Of a DNA stretch of 64,000 bases, positions 18,643 to 28,417 are shown piece by piece. This DNA is from Patescibacteria group bacterium. GTDB taxonomy: Bacteria > Patescibacteriota > Saccharimonadia > CAILAD01 > BJGX01. Location of the stretch: the NCBI GenBank assembly GCA_026397045.1, contig JAPLVO010000006.1, positions 1,706 to 65,705 on the forward strand, read 5' to 3'. The number at the start of each line of letters is the position of its first letter. Position 1 is the first letter of the stretch. A program made the position numbers and the translations under genes. The notes under the pieces are model-generated. The model did no database searches. It saw nothing but the letters and a program-made list of their open reading frames with translations, and was not told the origin of the DNA.

Positions 18643-20407
18643 ATGGAAATTTCAGAACAATCTCATAAGATAAGACACAGCTTGGCGCATATAATGGCCT
18701 CGGCCGTCCAAAAGATTAAGCCAGAAGCTAGCTTTGGTGTGGGTCCGGCAATCGATAACGGCTTTTACTATGATTTCTTGGTGGATGAAAACTTTACAGA
18801 AGCCGAGCTTAAGTCAATCGAAAAGGAAATGCGTTCGATTATTAATAAAAATATCCCTTTTGAACAAGAAAATTGGCCTATTGATAAGGCTATCGAGTAT
18901 TTTGATTCCAAGAATCAGAAGTTTAAGGTTGAATTGCTTAATGATCTTAAGACCAAAGGAACAACAGCAGTTGCTGATGCCGGCGATGATGATTTAGCCA
19001 AAGGCTCTGAAGGAGAAATTAAAGAGGTCAGTATCTATAGAACTGGTGATTTTATGGATTTATGTCGCGGTCCTCATGTAGATAACACTTCCGAAATTCA
19101 AGCTGATAGCTTTAAGTTGAATCGAACCAGCGGTGTTTACTGGAGAGGCAAAGAAGAAAACCCTCAGATGCAGCGTGTGTATGGCTTGGCTTTTGAGACC
19201 AAAGAAAAACTTAGTGACTACCTGCAGATGCTAGTCGAAGCTGAAAAGCGTGATCATCGCAAGCTTGGCCAGGAGCTAGATTTGTTTGTGTTCTCAGATA
19301 TGGTTGGCCCTGGACTTCCAATGTACACGCCTCGCGGCACAGTAATAATGAATCAGCTCAAAGAAGCCTTGAATGAAATTGGCAGAGACAACGATATGGA
19401 GTCGGTTAGTACGCCCCATTTGGCAAAACTCGACCTCTATAAGACCTCTGGCCATGCAGACAAATTTGAAGATGAATTATTTAGGGTTCAAAGTCACTAC
19501 AAGCAAGAATTTATTCTAAAACCCGTAAACTGTCCTCATCACACCCAAATATATTCTTCTAGGCCTAGGAGCTATAAGGATTTGCCAATTCGCTACATCG
19601 AGCAGACCATGCAATATCGTGATGAGAAGCCCGGACAAATAGGCGGCCTGCAAAGAACCAGAGGCTTTACAGTAGACGATGGCCACACTTTCTGTACTGT
19701 AGATCAAATTCAAAAAGAAGCAGACTTGATTGCAGAGGTTATCGAGAAGTTTTATCAAAATCTCGGCTTGTGGGGGGATCACTGGGTGTCGCTCTCGGTA
19801 AGAGACCCTAAAACTCCAGAAGCTTATATAGGCGACCCAGATGATTGGCAGCTGGCCGAAGAAATGCTGCAGAAGGTTTCTGATGATAGGGGCCTTGGCG
19901 CCAAGCGAATGGAAGGCGAGGCGGCACTTTATGGTCCAAAGCTAGATTTTATGTTCAAAGACGCCTTGGGTAGAGAAACCCAGCTGGCTACCATACAACT
20001 AGATTTTGCCATGCCAAAGAGATTTGAGCTGACCTATACAGATAAGGATGGCTCAGATAAAAGTCCTGTTATGATACACCGAGCTATACTTGGATCATTT
20101 GATAGCACCTGAGCAAGTTCGTGTCATTCCAGTGTCTGATAAGTTTGGTGAATATGCCAAGAGTGTCCATGAGAAGCTTCATAAGGTAGGCGTCAGGGTA
20201 AAACTGGATGATGATTCAGAATCATTGGCAAAACGCATTAGAAACGCCGAAAAGCTTAAGGTACCTGTGATTATGGTAGTCGGCGAGAAGGAGCAAGAAT
20301 CTGATTCGGTCTCAATTCGCAGGCATGGCAAAGGGGATTTGGGCTCAAGCAGCCTTGAACAGGCAATCTCTATGATTGAAGACGAGATTTCAAATCGGAA
20401 ATTGTAG
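18643..20407 (+). pseudogene. thrS: threonyl-tRNA synthetase (short form lacking TGS domain), reading frame broken near 20098-20112
   Basis: Catalytic core (HSLAHIMASAV, class II motifs) ends ...HRAILGSFDST-stop at 20112; the anticodon-binding domain continues in another frame from 20090 (LIAPEQVRVIPVS...). About 17 conserved residues (RF.AIL.EH..G.FP.W) plus one nt are missing at the junction. Confidence 0.8.
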
Positions 20408-21268
20408 ATGCAACAGGCTAAGATTTTAGTAATTGTCGGCCCAACAGCTTCAGGCAAAACATCGCTTGCCATAGATTTGGCAAAGAGGTTCAACGGAGAG
20501 ATAATTTGCGCAGACTCCAGGACAATCTATAGCGGTATGGACATTGGAACTGCCAAACCTTCAAAGTTGGATCAAAAACTTATAAAGCATTACATGCTGG
20601 GCATAGTTGAGCCGAACCAATCCTTCAGTGTTGTAAAATATAAACAGCAAGCTCTCGAAGCAATCAGCCAAATTAAGCGCAATAGTAAGCTTCCTATAAT
20701 CGTGGGTGGCAGTGGAATGTATATAGATTCGTTGCTCTTTGATTACCAGTTTAGGGGGCATAAATTGGGCAAAAACATAGATGGACTATCGATTGAAGCT
20801 AAAAAAGCCCAGGCCAAGATTTTATATCCCAATGACTATAATAATATCCAAGGAAACAATGTCCGCAGGCTCGATCAGCTACTAATGTATGGCCCAGCGG
20901 GAGAGGAAGACAGAGAAAGCCTTAAGCTTGACTGTTTGATAGTTGGGCTATCCCCTAAAGAGCTTATGCTAAAGCATAATATTGAACTTAGAGCGAGCCA
21001 GATGTTGAACAATAACTTTGTTCACGAGGTGGAGTTTCTGAGAGCCAAGTATGGCCCTGATGCCCCCGGGCTTAGCTCTACGGGCTATCGGCAAGTGAGC
21101 ATGATGCTTGATGGAGAGTTGCAGGAAAGCGAGCTACTAGCCTCTATCATTAAAGCCTCTAACAAACTGGCCAAAAAGCAGTTCACCTGGTTCAGGCGTA
21201 ATAAGCATATAAACTGGTTTGATTCGGGTGATAAGTCAGAGCTGTTAATAGCAGAATATCTTAATTAG
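20408..21268 (+). CDS. miaA: tRNA dimethylallyltransferase
   Basis: 286 aa; P-loop GPTASGKTSLAIDLA and ICADSRTIY..MDIGTAKP motifs. Confidence 0.9.
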   Translation: MQQAKILVIVGPTASGKTSLAIDLAKRFNGEIICADSRTIYSGMDIGTAKPSKLDQKLIKHYMLGIVEPNQSFSVVKYKQQALEAISQIKRNSKLPIIVGGSGMYIDSLLFDYQFRGHKLGKNIDGLSIEAKKAQAKILYPNDYNNIQGNNVRRLDQLLMYGPAGEEDRESLKLDCLIVGLSPKELMLKHNIELRASQMLNNNFVHEVEFLRAKYGPDAPGLSSTGYRQVSMMLDGELQESELLASIIKASNKLAKKQFTWFRRNKHINWFDSGDKSELLIAEYLN

Positions 21269-21278
21269 ATTTGATACA

Positions 21279-22664
21279 ATGTATATTATGCGTAGTTTAA
21301 TTGCTATATTAGCTGCTAAAGCAGCTCTAAAGGTGAATCGGCTGACTGGAACCGGAGGGTCTTCATTACCTGGCATGATAGCCAAGAGGCTGGATAAAGA
21401 TATTCTCCGCAAGCTGGTCATCAATAACTTCCCCAAGGGAATAATAGTGATAACTGGCACCAACGGCAAGACAACCACAGCTAGTATGGTAGCAAATGTA
21501 CTCGAAGAAAGCGGCATTAGTTTTATTCATAATAGGTCGGGTTCTAATATGGAGAGGGGTCTGATTTCGACGATAGTGGAGTCCTCTGGGCTTGATGGCA
21601 AAATTCTGGCCGATGTGGGCTTATTCGAGGTCGATGAGGCTTATATGCCGAAAGTGTGCAGGGCAATTCGGCCAGACTGGGTTGTAGTTACAAACCTTTT
21701 CAGGGATCAGCTAGATAGATACGGGGAGCTAGACAAAATAGCCAGGAACTTTCGCAACCTTTTTGAAGAACTCCCAGATACAAAGCTGGTTTTAAACGCC
21801 GATGATCCGCTGGTAGCTAGCCTTGGCTATAAGCATGATGGTAGGTCAAAAGCTGAATATTTTGGCATCGGCGACTATATTGGCCCAAAACTATCACACG
21901 ATAGAACCGCAGATAGTATATTTGACCCTTTCACTCAAGAGAAGCTGCATTACACTCAAAAATACTTTGGCCATATTGGGCGCTACAGAGGAAAGCCAGG
22001 CGAATTCACCCGACCTAAGCCTGAGTATTCGGCAAACAGTGTAAAGCAAATTGGCATTGATTCAGTTGAATTTGTTGTAAATAAGTCTACAGATTATGTA
22101 AAACTAAGTATACCGGGGCTTTTTAATGTCTATAACGCGATTGCTGCATTTGCTCTAAGTAAGGTTGCTTTTAACCTAGAGGATAGAGAGCTAGTTAGGG
22201 CTATAAGTGGCTCACTTGCGGCTTTTGGGCGTTCCGAGAAGCTTTCTTATGAGGGTCGCGATATTTTAATGCTGTTAATTAAGAACCCAACTGGCCTCAA
22301 CCAAGTAATCCAAACTTACTTACTAAACGAATCGGATCGCTTGCTGGTATTTGTTATTAATGATAACTACGCCGATGGCCGAGATGTTAGTTGGCTCTGG
22401 GACGCAGCAATCGAGGACCTGGCGACCTACAAAGGAAAGATTATGGTCTCTGGTTCAAGAGCCAGGGATATGGCCTTGAGGCTTAAGTACGCTGGCCTGG
22501 AGGATATTATGGTAGTAGATGATAGCTCAAAACTCCTAGAGCAGATCAAGCTTAATTCCTCCAAGCGAAGTAAGGTGTTTATCCTACCTACATATACCGC
22601 CATGTTGGCAATAAGAAGCTCTATAGTATCGGAAGATGAAAAAGCAAAGGAGTTTTGGCAATGA
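21279..22664 (+). CDS. murT: lipid II isoglutaminyl synthase, Mur-ligase-like subunit MurT
   Basis: 461 aa; Mur ligase central domain P-loop ITGTNGKTTTASMV, C-terminal DUF1727-like region; immediately followed by gatD. Confidence 0.8.
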   Translation: MYIMRSLIAILAAKAALKVNRLTGTGGSSLPGMIAKRLDKDILRKLVINNFPKGIIVITGTNGKTTTASMVANVLEESGISFIHNRSGSNMERGLISTIVESSGLDGKILADVGLFEVDEAYMPKVCRAIRPDWVVVTNLFRDQLDRYGELDKIARNFRNLFEELPDTKLVLNADDPLVASLGYKHDGRSKAEYFGIGDYIGPKLSHDRTADSIFDPFTQEKLHYTQKYFGHIGRYRGKPGEFTRPKPEYSANSVKQIGIDSVEFVVNKSTDYVKLSIPGLFNVYNAIAAFALSKVAFNLEDRELVRAISGSLAAFGRSEKLSYEGRDILMLLIKNPTGLNQVIQTYLLNESDRLLVFVINDNYADGRDVSWLWDAAIEDLATYKGKIMVSGSRARDMALRLKYAGLEDIMVVDDSSKLLEQIKLNSSKRSKVFILPTYTAMLAIRSSIVSEDEKAKEFWQ

Positions 22665-23377
22665 AGGCGATCAAAATAGTCCATCTTTATTCTGAGAGAA
22701 TGAGTATTTATGGCGATTATGGAAATATAATCGCACTCAGCCAAAGGATGAATTGGCGCGGCATTAACAATACTACAATTCAGGTGGAGGTAGGTCAGCC
22801 TCTGCCCAAAGACTTTGATATATTATTTATAGGTGGTGGCCAGGATAAGGGACAGGTGATAGTGGCAGAGGATTTAGCTAGTAAATCTGAAGAAATTCAT
22901 AATTTTGTAGAGTCTGGCGGCCCCTTACTGGCCGTTTGTGGGGGGTATCAGCTCCTTGGTGAGTACTTTATAAGCAATGATTATGGGGAGATAAAAGGGA
23001 TTGGAATTTTCAACATTATATCAAGAGCTACAACTGAGAGAATGATCGGGAATATTGTTGTAAAGTCCGATAAGTTCGGTCAACTAATCGGCTTCGAAAA
23101 TCACAGCGGGGCTACAGAGTTCGTAGGCAGAGCTCACCCCCTTGGGGAGGTAAGAAAGGGCTTTGGCAACAATCACAGCGACAAGCTCGAGGGGGCAATT
23201 TATAAAAACGCCATAGGTACTTATATGCACGGGTCCTTTTTGCCTAAAAACCCCATGGTCTGCGACTGGCTGATACAAAAAGCCCTCTTGCGGGCTAATC
23301 GACCTACTGGACTAGAGGAAATAAATGATGACATTGAATTATTGGCACGCAAAAAAGCTTCAAAGCGGCCTCAATAA
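22655..23377 (+). CDS. gatD: lipid II isoglutaminyl synthase, glutaminase subunit GatD (CobQ/CobB-type class I amidotransferase)
   Basis: 240 aa; GATase1 catalytic Cys context LLAVCGGYQLLG and H motif; overlaps murT by 10 nt. Confidence 0.8.
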   Translation: MAMKAIKIVHLYSERMSIYGDYGNIIALSQRMNWRGINNTTIQVEVGQPLPKDFDILFIGGGQDKGQVIVAEDLASKSEEIHNFVESGGPLLAVCGGYQLLGEYFISNDYGEIKGIGIFNIISRATTERMIGNIVVKSDKFGQLIGFENHSGATEFVGRAHPLGEVRKGFGNNHSDKLEGAIYKNAIGTYMHGSFLPKNPMVCDWLIQKALLRANRPTGLEEINDDIELLARKKASKRPQ

Positions 23378-23435
23378 ATATGCTTGAATGTTATAGATTT
23401 ATTATGCTTTTACTCGTATAATAGTTTTAGTTAAC

Positions 23436-23469
23436 CTGAAAAATACAGGTAGAATACAGTATTTTTCAG
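23436..23469. promoter_or_regulatory. perfect 11-bp inverted repeat (CTGAAAAATAC-n12-GTATTTTTCAG), candidate operator upstream of the wHTH regulator gene
   Basis: Seen directly in sequence 15 nt upstream of the AGGAG RBS / ATG at 23485. Confidence 0.5.
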
Positions 23470-23484
23470 ACTAGGAGTGTTGAT

Positions 23485-24141
23485 ATGTTTGAACAATTGT
23501 TTGGATCGAAGACGCGAGTAAAGCTTTTGAGTTTGTTTTATAACAACCCCGATCGCCCTTTCTATGTCAGAGAAATAACCCGCAAGATAGATGAACAGAT
23601 AAACTCTGTTCGTCGGGAGCTCCAAAATCTTCTTAATATCGGTATTGTAAGATCCGTAAGCCAGAGCAATAGGCTCTATTATGAAATAAATGCCAAATAT
23701 AAGTTCCATAAGGAGCTAGAATCAATATTCCAAAGGATTCCAGCTAAAACAAAAGACATAAAGCAGACTAAGGAGGAGGATCAAGTACTAAAAGCCCTCC
23801 AAAAATCTGGAAATGTCCGTATGGCCTTTTTGACCGGCGCATTCGTAAGGGGTAGTAATCAGCAAATTGATATCTTTATCGTAGGCGACATGAATAAGTC
23901 ACAGCTAGCCAGAGTGGTAGGGGATATGGAAAAAGAAATGAACAGAGAACTCAATTATGCTGCTATGACCGTAGAGGACTTCGATTATCGTAGGAACCTT
24001 AACGATCGATTCCTAAATGACATCCTGGACGAAAATAAGATAGTATTAGCCGATAGAATCAGCGTATTCACTAAAGATCCAGAGGTCCAAGAGACAGATT
24101 CTGACGAAACTACCAAGCTTGAAGTTAAGCCTAAGGTGTAA
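23485..24141 (+). CDS. winged-helix DNA-binding protein with degenerate nucleotidyltransferase-like C-terminal domain
   Basis: 218 aa; N-terminal wHTH (RVKLLSLFYNNPDRPFYVREITRKI); central GAFVRGSNQQIDIFIVGD resembles a minimal nucleotidyltransferase GS...D motif; acidic tail. Confidence 0.45.
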   Translation: MFEQLFGSKTRVKLLSLFYNNPDRPFYVREITRKIDEQINSVRRELQNLLNIGIVRSVSQSNRLYYEINAKYKFHKELESIFQRIPAKTKDIKQTKEEDQVLKALQKSGNVRMAFLTGAFVRGSNQQIDIFIVGDMNKSQLARVVGDMEKEMNRELNYAAMTVEDFDYRRNLNDRFLNDILDENKIVLADRISVFTKDPEVQETDSDETTKLEVKPKV

Positions 24142-24203
24142 GCCCCTAAATATCGAGACTCGGTACTATCCAATTAGCCTATAGGTATGAGATAATAGTA
24201 AGC

Positions 24204-25247
24204 ATGAGCAGTAAAGACAAGCTAACAGTAACAATATCTCCCGCTTCATTTGTCTATTTAGCAGTTGTCGCTGCAGCAGTGGCGGCAGTTTGGTATTTAT
24301 CTGGGGTAGTAATTATCGTCGTGGCTAGTGTAATATTTGCAGCTGGGCTTAACCCCTCTGTTAAGAGACTAGAAAAGATAAAGTTTCCACGCTGGCTGGC
24401 AGTTTCGGTGATATATGTAATGGTATTTTCTATCTTGGGGTACTTAATATTCCTGATTGCCCCAACAATCAGCGAGCAAGCTAACGATATATTTAAGAAT
24501 TTCCCTGCCCATCGAGCTAGGGTAGGGGCCAGCCTAGATAGCCAGCCTTTACTACAGGAAGCATTTGACAGAGTCACGGACTCAGTCAGATCTCGGCCAG
24601 AAATAGTGGCAAATCAAGTGGGTGCGGCAGCCACCGGAATTATTGGCAGTTTGTTTGGCTTTATTACATTCTTAGTTTTGACATTTTACTTTTTAATGAG
24701 TGGTAGAGAGATATCCTCGGCAATGGTAAAATATGTACCTTCAAGAAAGAGCCAGAAGGAGATTATAGCCATCGGCAAGGAGAGTTCTGTAAAGCTAGGG
24801 CACTGGATTAGGTCGCAGGTGATCATGTCGATTATTGTTTTTTTGACAACATATTTAGTATTAAGTATAATAGGAGTTGAATTTAGCCTTTCTCTGGCTC
24901 TTTTTGCGGGACTTTTACAGTTCGTGCCCTTCGTGGGGCCTCTACTGGGGGCAGCTCCAGCTTTGCTAGCAGCTCTTGTTATATCCCCGCTAAATGCGCT
25001 CATATATTCCGCCTCGGTGCTAATTGTGCAAATGCTACTTGCCAATGTAATAGCCCCCCAGCTATTCAACAAAGCCATAGGGGTCTCACCAGTTGTAATA
25101 TTAATTGCGGCCTTAATCGGCTTCAGCTTGCTTGGACCTGTAGGTGTGATACTTGCTGTGCCAATAGCGGCAGTGGTTGATGTAGTTTTCGATAGTCTAG
25201 GACCTGACTATGTTAAGGATAAGATATTTGATGCTACAAAATCCTAG
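24204..25247 (+). CDS. AI-2E (PerM/UPF0118) family transporter
   Basis: 347 aa; about 8 TM helices with conserved AI-2E topology and GxxG-rich C-terminal helices. Confidence 0.75.
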   Translation: MSSKDKLTVTISPASFVYLAVVAAAVAAVWYLSGVVIIVVASVIFAAGLNPSVKRLEKIKFPRWLAVSVIYVMVFSILGYLIFLIAPTISEQANDIFKNFPAHRARVGASLDSQPLLQEAFDRVTDSVRSRPEIVANQVGAAATGIIGSLFGFITFLVLTFYFLMSGREISSAMVKYVPSRKSQKEIIAIGKESSVKLGHWIRSQVIMSIIVFLTTYLVLSIIGVEFSLSLALFAGLLQFVPFVGPLLGAAPALLAALVISPLNALIYSASVLIVQMLLANVIAPQLFNKAIGVSPVVILIAALIGFSLLGPVGVILAVPIAAVVDVVFDSLGPDYVKDKIFDATKS

Positions 25248-25281
25248 CCTCGGTATGCCTTAATCTGTTACAATAGTTTTT

Positions 25282-25809
25282 ATGGACATTACATTCTCTA
25301 ACAATAATACGATAAAAATATCTGGCAAAAGCTCTAGTATTATAATAAATCCAACATCGGCAGTAAAAGCTGATCTTCTTCTTTTCACCGACCCTTCTGC
25401 AAGCAGGCTAGAGCAGAAGTCCTTTTATGGACCGGGTGAGTATGAGGTTCTGGGGGCTATGGTCGATGGGATCGAGATCGACAAGGGCAACACTGCTTAT
25501 AGTGTGGTGTCAGACGACATTCACATCACCTATATAGTAGATCTATTGGCTCCACTTAGTAACACCCAGCTGGAGAGTATGGACGGCGTAGATATCTTAA
25601 TTATCGCCGTCAAGGACGACAAAGCCGATTTATTAAATAAGGTTATTAGCCAGGTGGAGCCAAGCGTATTGATCCCAATTATGATCGATGAATCGGAGAT
25701 AGCTAAGATTAAGGCAGAATTTGGTAAGGATATTGAACCAATGGAGCGCTACAAAATCACCAAAAAGGATCTACCTTTAGAGACCCAAGAGCTAGTATTG
25801 CTCAAATAG
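25282..25809 (+). CDS. hypothetical protein (175 aa, soluble, acidic)
   Basis: No confident family; weak resemblance to a degenerate metallo-beta-lactamase fold without the HxHxDH motif. Confidence 0.35.
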   Translation: MDITFSNNNTIKISGKSSSIIINPTSAVKADLLLFTDPSASRLEQKSFYGPGEYEVLGAMVDGIEIDKGNTAYSVVSDDIHITYIVDLLAPLSNTQLESMDGVDILIIAVKDDKADLLNKVISQVEPSVLIPIMIDESEIAKIKAEFGKDIEPMERYKITKKDLPLETQELVLLK

Positions 25810-25868
25810 TAAGTTATCTGGTAGGAAAATGCTTCACTTACTGAATAATTTATAAAAATCCTACCACT

Positions 25869-25904
25869 AATAAATAAGCCCTCGTTATTGAGGGTTTATT
25901 TATT
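25869..25904. terminator. bidirectional rho-independent terminator
   Basis: AATAAATAAGCCCTC-GTTATT-GAGGGTTTATTTATT. Confidence 0.75.
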
Positions 25905-26120
25905 AGCGTTTTCTAGTTCTTTTGCATCTATCTGCTTCTGGTACTTGTTGAGAGTTCGAATAGTACTGGCAGCTAGGCGAAGTTTTACCTTCTTGCCATC
26001 GATTATAAGGGTTTTAGGCTGTAAGTTTGGTTTCCAGGTACGCTTAACATGCCGCTGTGAGTGGCTCACATGGTTGCCGAATTGCTTACCTTTTCCTGTT
26101 AGATCGCATCTGTATGACAT
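25896..26120 (-). CDS. rpmB: 50S ribosomal protein L28
   Basis: 74 aa; MSYRCDLTGKGKQFGNHVSHSQRHVKRTWKPNL matches L28 N-terminus. Confidence 0.9.
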   Translation of the reverse strand: MSYRCDLTGKGKQFGNHVSHSQRHVKRTWKPNLQPKTLIIDGKKVKLRLAASTIRTLNKYQKQIDAKELENANK

Positions 26121-26212
26121 AATCTCAGTATTCTAGCACATTTGAACATCACAATCAATATCCTTGTAGGGGTCATTAATAAAAATCGCTCGATCGTGCT
26201 AAAATAGTATGT

Positions 26213-26842
26213 ATGGAAATGTTAATTACTATAGTATTTTATGTAATAATTTTGGTGATAGTGCTGACTGTGCACGAATTCAGCCATGCTTGGGCCAGCC
26301 ACATGCTCGGTGATGTTACAGCCAAAAGAGAAGGTCGTTTGACCCTAAACCCAGCCTCCCACATAGATCCGTTCATGACACTACTATTGCCCCTAGGTCT
26401 GATACTACTTGGCAGCCCTGTGGTGTTTGGAGCAGCTAAGCCAGTACCTTTTAACCCATATGCGGTACGGTACGGTAAGTGGGGTGCAGCCTTAGTCGCT
26501 TTTGCTGGCCCGGCTAGCAATCTATTAATGGCCTTAGTTGTGGGGCTTTATCTGAGGTTTGTAGCTATTGGTGGCCTCGGTGGGGAATTCTTAATTCAGT
26601 TTGTACTCGTAAATGTGGCGTTTTTTGTCTTTAATATGATTCCTTTTCCACCTCTAGACGGCAGCAGATTGCTTTATGCAGTGGCACCCCCTGGCCTACA
26701 GGATATCATGGACCGAATAGAGCAGTTTGGCTTAGTAGCTGTATTTGCGATGGTCTTTATACTATTCCAGATCACCGGCCCGGCTTTTAGTAATATTATA
26801 TTCCTTATAGCTTCGTTTATTCTGGGTAAACCAGTCTACTAG
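26213..26842 (+). CDS. M50-family (site-2 protease-like) intramembrane zinc metalloprotease
   Basis: 209 aa; HEFSHAW (HExxH) in TM1, about 5 TM helices, LDG motif. Confidence 0.75.
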   Translation: MEMLITIVFYVIILVIVLTVHEFSHAWASHMLGDVTAKREGRLTLNPASHIDPFMTLLLPLGLILLGSPVVFGAAKPVPFNPYAVRYGKWGAALVAFAGPASNLLMALVVGLYLRFVAIGGLGGEFLIQFVLVNVAFFVFNMIPFPPLDGSRLLYAVAPPGLQDIMDRIEQFGLVAVFAMVFILFQITGPAFSNIIFLIASFILGKPVY

Positions 26843-27030
26843 ATGATATAATTATATCGCTTTCTACGGCACTCGCGTATTTAAGGCGTAGTAACTTTTT
26901 CCGGTTACTTTTAACTTTAGGGAGTCTTAGATTGCTCTCCGATTAATCGGTAGATGCTGCGGACACCCACCTGCAAATTGGCGGGAAAGGTTATCCACGC
27001 TAGCGGTGTCTGTGGATTGCTCAATTATAA

Positions 27031-27066
27031 TAAATATAGAGCCCAGTTGGGCTCTATATTTATTAT
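27031..27066. terminator. bidirectional rho-independent terminator
   Basis: AATATAGAGCCCAGTTGGGCTCTATATTTATT. Confidence 0.8.
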
Positions 27067-27659
27067 AATTTCCAATACTTTCGATATTTATTTTCACCAT
27101 CAATTGTCTGGGCTATGATGAGTTTTATTTCTGATTTTAAACCTAACTGTTTGCGCAAGCTGGCGACCAGCTTCGCAGGATTGTATGGGCATAGCCAGAG
27201 ACCCTTAGCATAGTTAACAAACCCATGGCGCTTGAGGGTTAGGATTAGCTGATTACGCATCACTTTTTTAGCCTCTGGGACATCGAATGTAATCAAGTAC
27301 CATCGCCCGTCCCATCTTTCAGGAATAGTGAAGGCATCTTCTGCCACCTGATGAGCTTTTAATCTGTCTTTGCCCTTTAAGGTTATTTTATAGACCTTTT
27401 CGCTATCAAGGACTCCTACACTAATATATCCCTGCCTAGCCAAAAGGGCCACGGTGTCAATTATCCTGCGCCGGGGGGTTGTTTTATTGGAGTTTATGAA
27501 AAGTTCTAATAATGCCTTATTAGAACTCAAGTCGCCCAGGGTGGCGACTTTTTTGGTCTGAATTAGCCTTAAGACTATGGCTGTTTTGTTAGAGTTGTTA
27601 CTCATCTGGAGTTTTGGCACACATAAATTACTTACTACATAAACATTATGCCTTAGCAT
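27063..27659 (-). CDS. PaaX-like transcriptional regulator (N-terminal winged helix plus C-terminal Cas2/PaaX_C-like fold domain); start uncertain (27605 or 27659)
   Basis: wHTH segment (LRLIQTKKVATLGDLS...DTVALLARQGYI); C-terminal WYLITFDVPEAKKVMRNQLILTLKRHGFVNYAKGLWLCP resembles the beta-alpha pattern of the PaaX C-domain and Cas2. Confidence 0.5.
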   Translation of the reverse strand: MLRHNVYVVSNLCVPKLQMSNNSNKTAIVLRLIQTKKVATLGDLSSNKALLELFINSNKTTPRRRIIDTVALLARQGYISVGVLDSEKVYKITLKGKDRLKAHQVAEDAFTIPERWDGRWYLITFDVPEAKKVMRNQLILTLKRHGFVNYAKGLWLCPYNPAKLVASLRKQLGLKSEIKLIIAQTIDGENKYRKYWKL

Positions 27660-27920
27660 AACTATTATGTAAATACCTTTTCAATACTTTTTTAAATTTT
27701 GTGTATTTTATATCTGTTGACGATTCACTATTAGGCTTTACGATTTTTTAATTAACTTTAAATTATAATAGCTGATTCTTGAAAGCAATGCTGCCCAGCA
27801 ACGCCCCAGTTACCCAGGAATAGGTGAACGAAATTTTCAATAAAAAGTAGGTACCTTAAGCGGTATTATTTCTTACAATTAAAAAAGTTTAGTAATTAAT
27901 ACTAAACTTGATCTTAAACT

Positions 27921-27997
27921 TGGTCGGGGTGACAGGACTTGAACCTGCGACCTCACGGCCCCCAGCCGTACGCGCTACCAACTGCGCCACACCCCGT
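27921..27997 (-). tRNA. tRNA-Pro (anticodon GGG)
   Basis: Reverse complement CGGGGTG acceptor stem, GCGCAGTTGGTAGCGC D-arm, anticodon loop CT-GGG-GG, GGTTCAAGTCC T-arm, encoded CCA. Confidence 0.85.
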
Positions 27998-28021
27998 CAG
28001 ACTAGATTAATACTATCTGAT

Positions 28022-28417
28022 ATGGCACAGGAGCTCAAGGCTTGCTACAATATGGTTATGCTATTAATCGAGTTTATCTCTTGGTGGTACGGCCGAGGCT
28101 ACATGCTACTCTTTAAGAAGTTGCAGGCTTTGATTATTTCGATATGGCAAAAGTTTTCGGTGGCTACGCTAGTCAAGACCTTGGTTGATCCCTGGCGAAG
28201 AATAGTGACTGATCCTGGGAAATCCCTGCAAGATAAGTCTAGGGCTATTTTGGATAATGCTGTCTCTAGGGTAGTCGGATTCACAATTAGAGTTATAGTT
28301 ATCATATCGGCATTTATATCTATAGCTTTGCTATTCGTGGTAGGCCTGCTACTGGCTGTAGCTTGGCCGCTAGCACCAGTGCTCATCATATTGCCATTTG
28401 TATTGGCGGTAACATGA
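28022..28417 (+). CDS. hypothetical membrane protein (2-3 TM)
   Basis: ATG at 28022 (MAQELKACYNM...); the ORF track start at 27908 would overlap tRNA-Pro; stop overlaps the ATG of the next gene (ATGA). Confidence 0.5.
   Translation: MAQELKACYNMVMLLIEFISWWYGRGYMLLFKKLQALIISIWQKFSVATLVKTLVDPWRRIVTDPGKSLQDKSRAILDNAVSRVVGFTIRVIVIISAFISIALLFVVGLLLAVAWPLAPVLIILPFVLAVT

Noticed and set aside
20090-20115. Alternative genetic code (UGA read as Gly, code 25) as an explanation for the thrS interruption
   Set aside because: Reading through the TGA continues in the wrong frame to further stops. The downstream domain is unambiguously in a different frame, so a deletion or frameshift is required.
27908-28021. 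ORF-track start at 27908 for the membrane protein
   Set aside because: That extension would run through tRNA-Pro (27921-27997). An internal ATG at 28022 was used instead.
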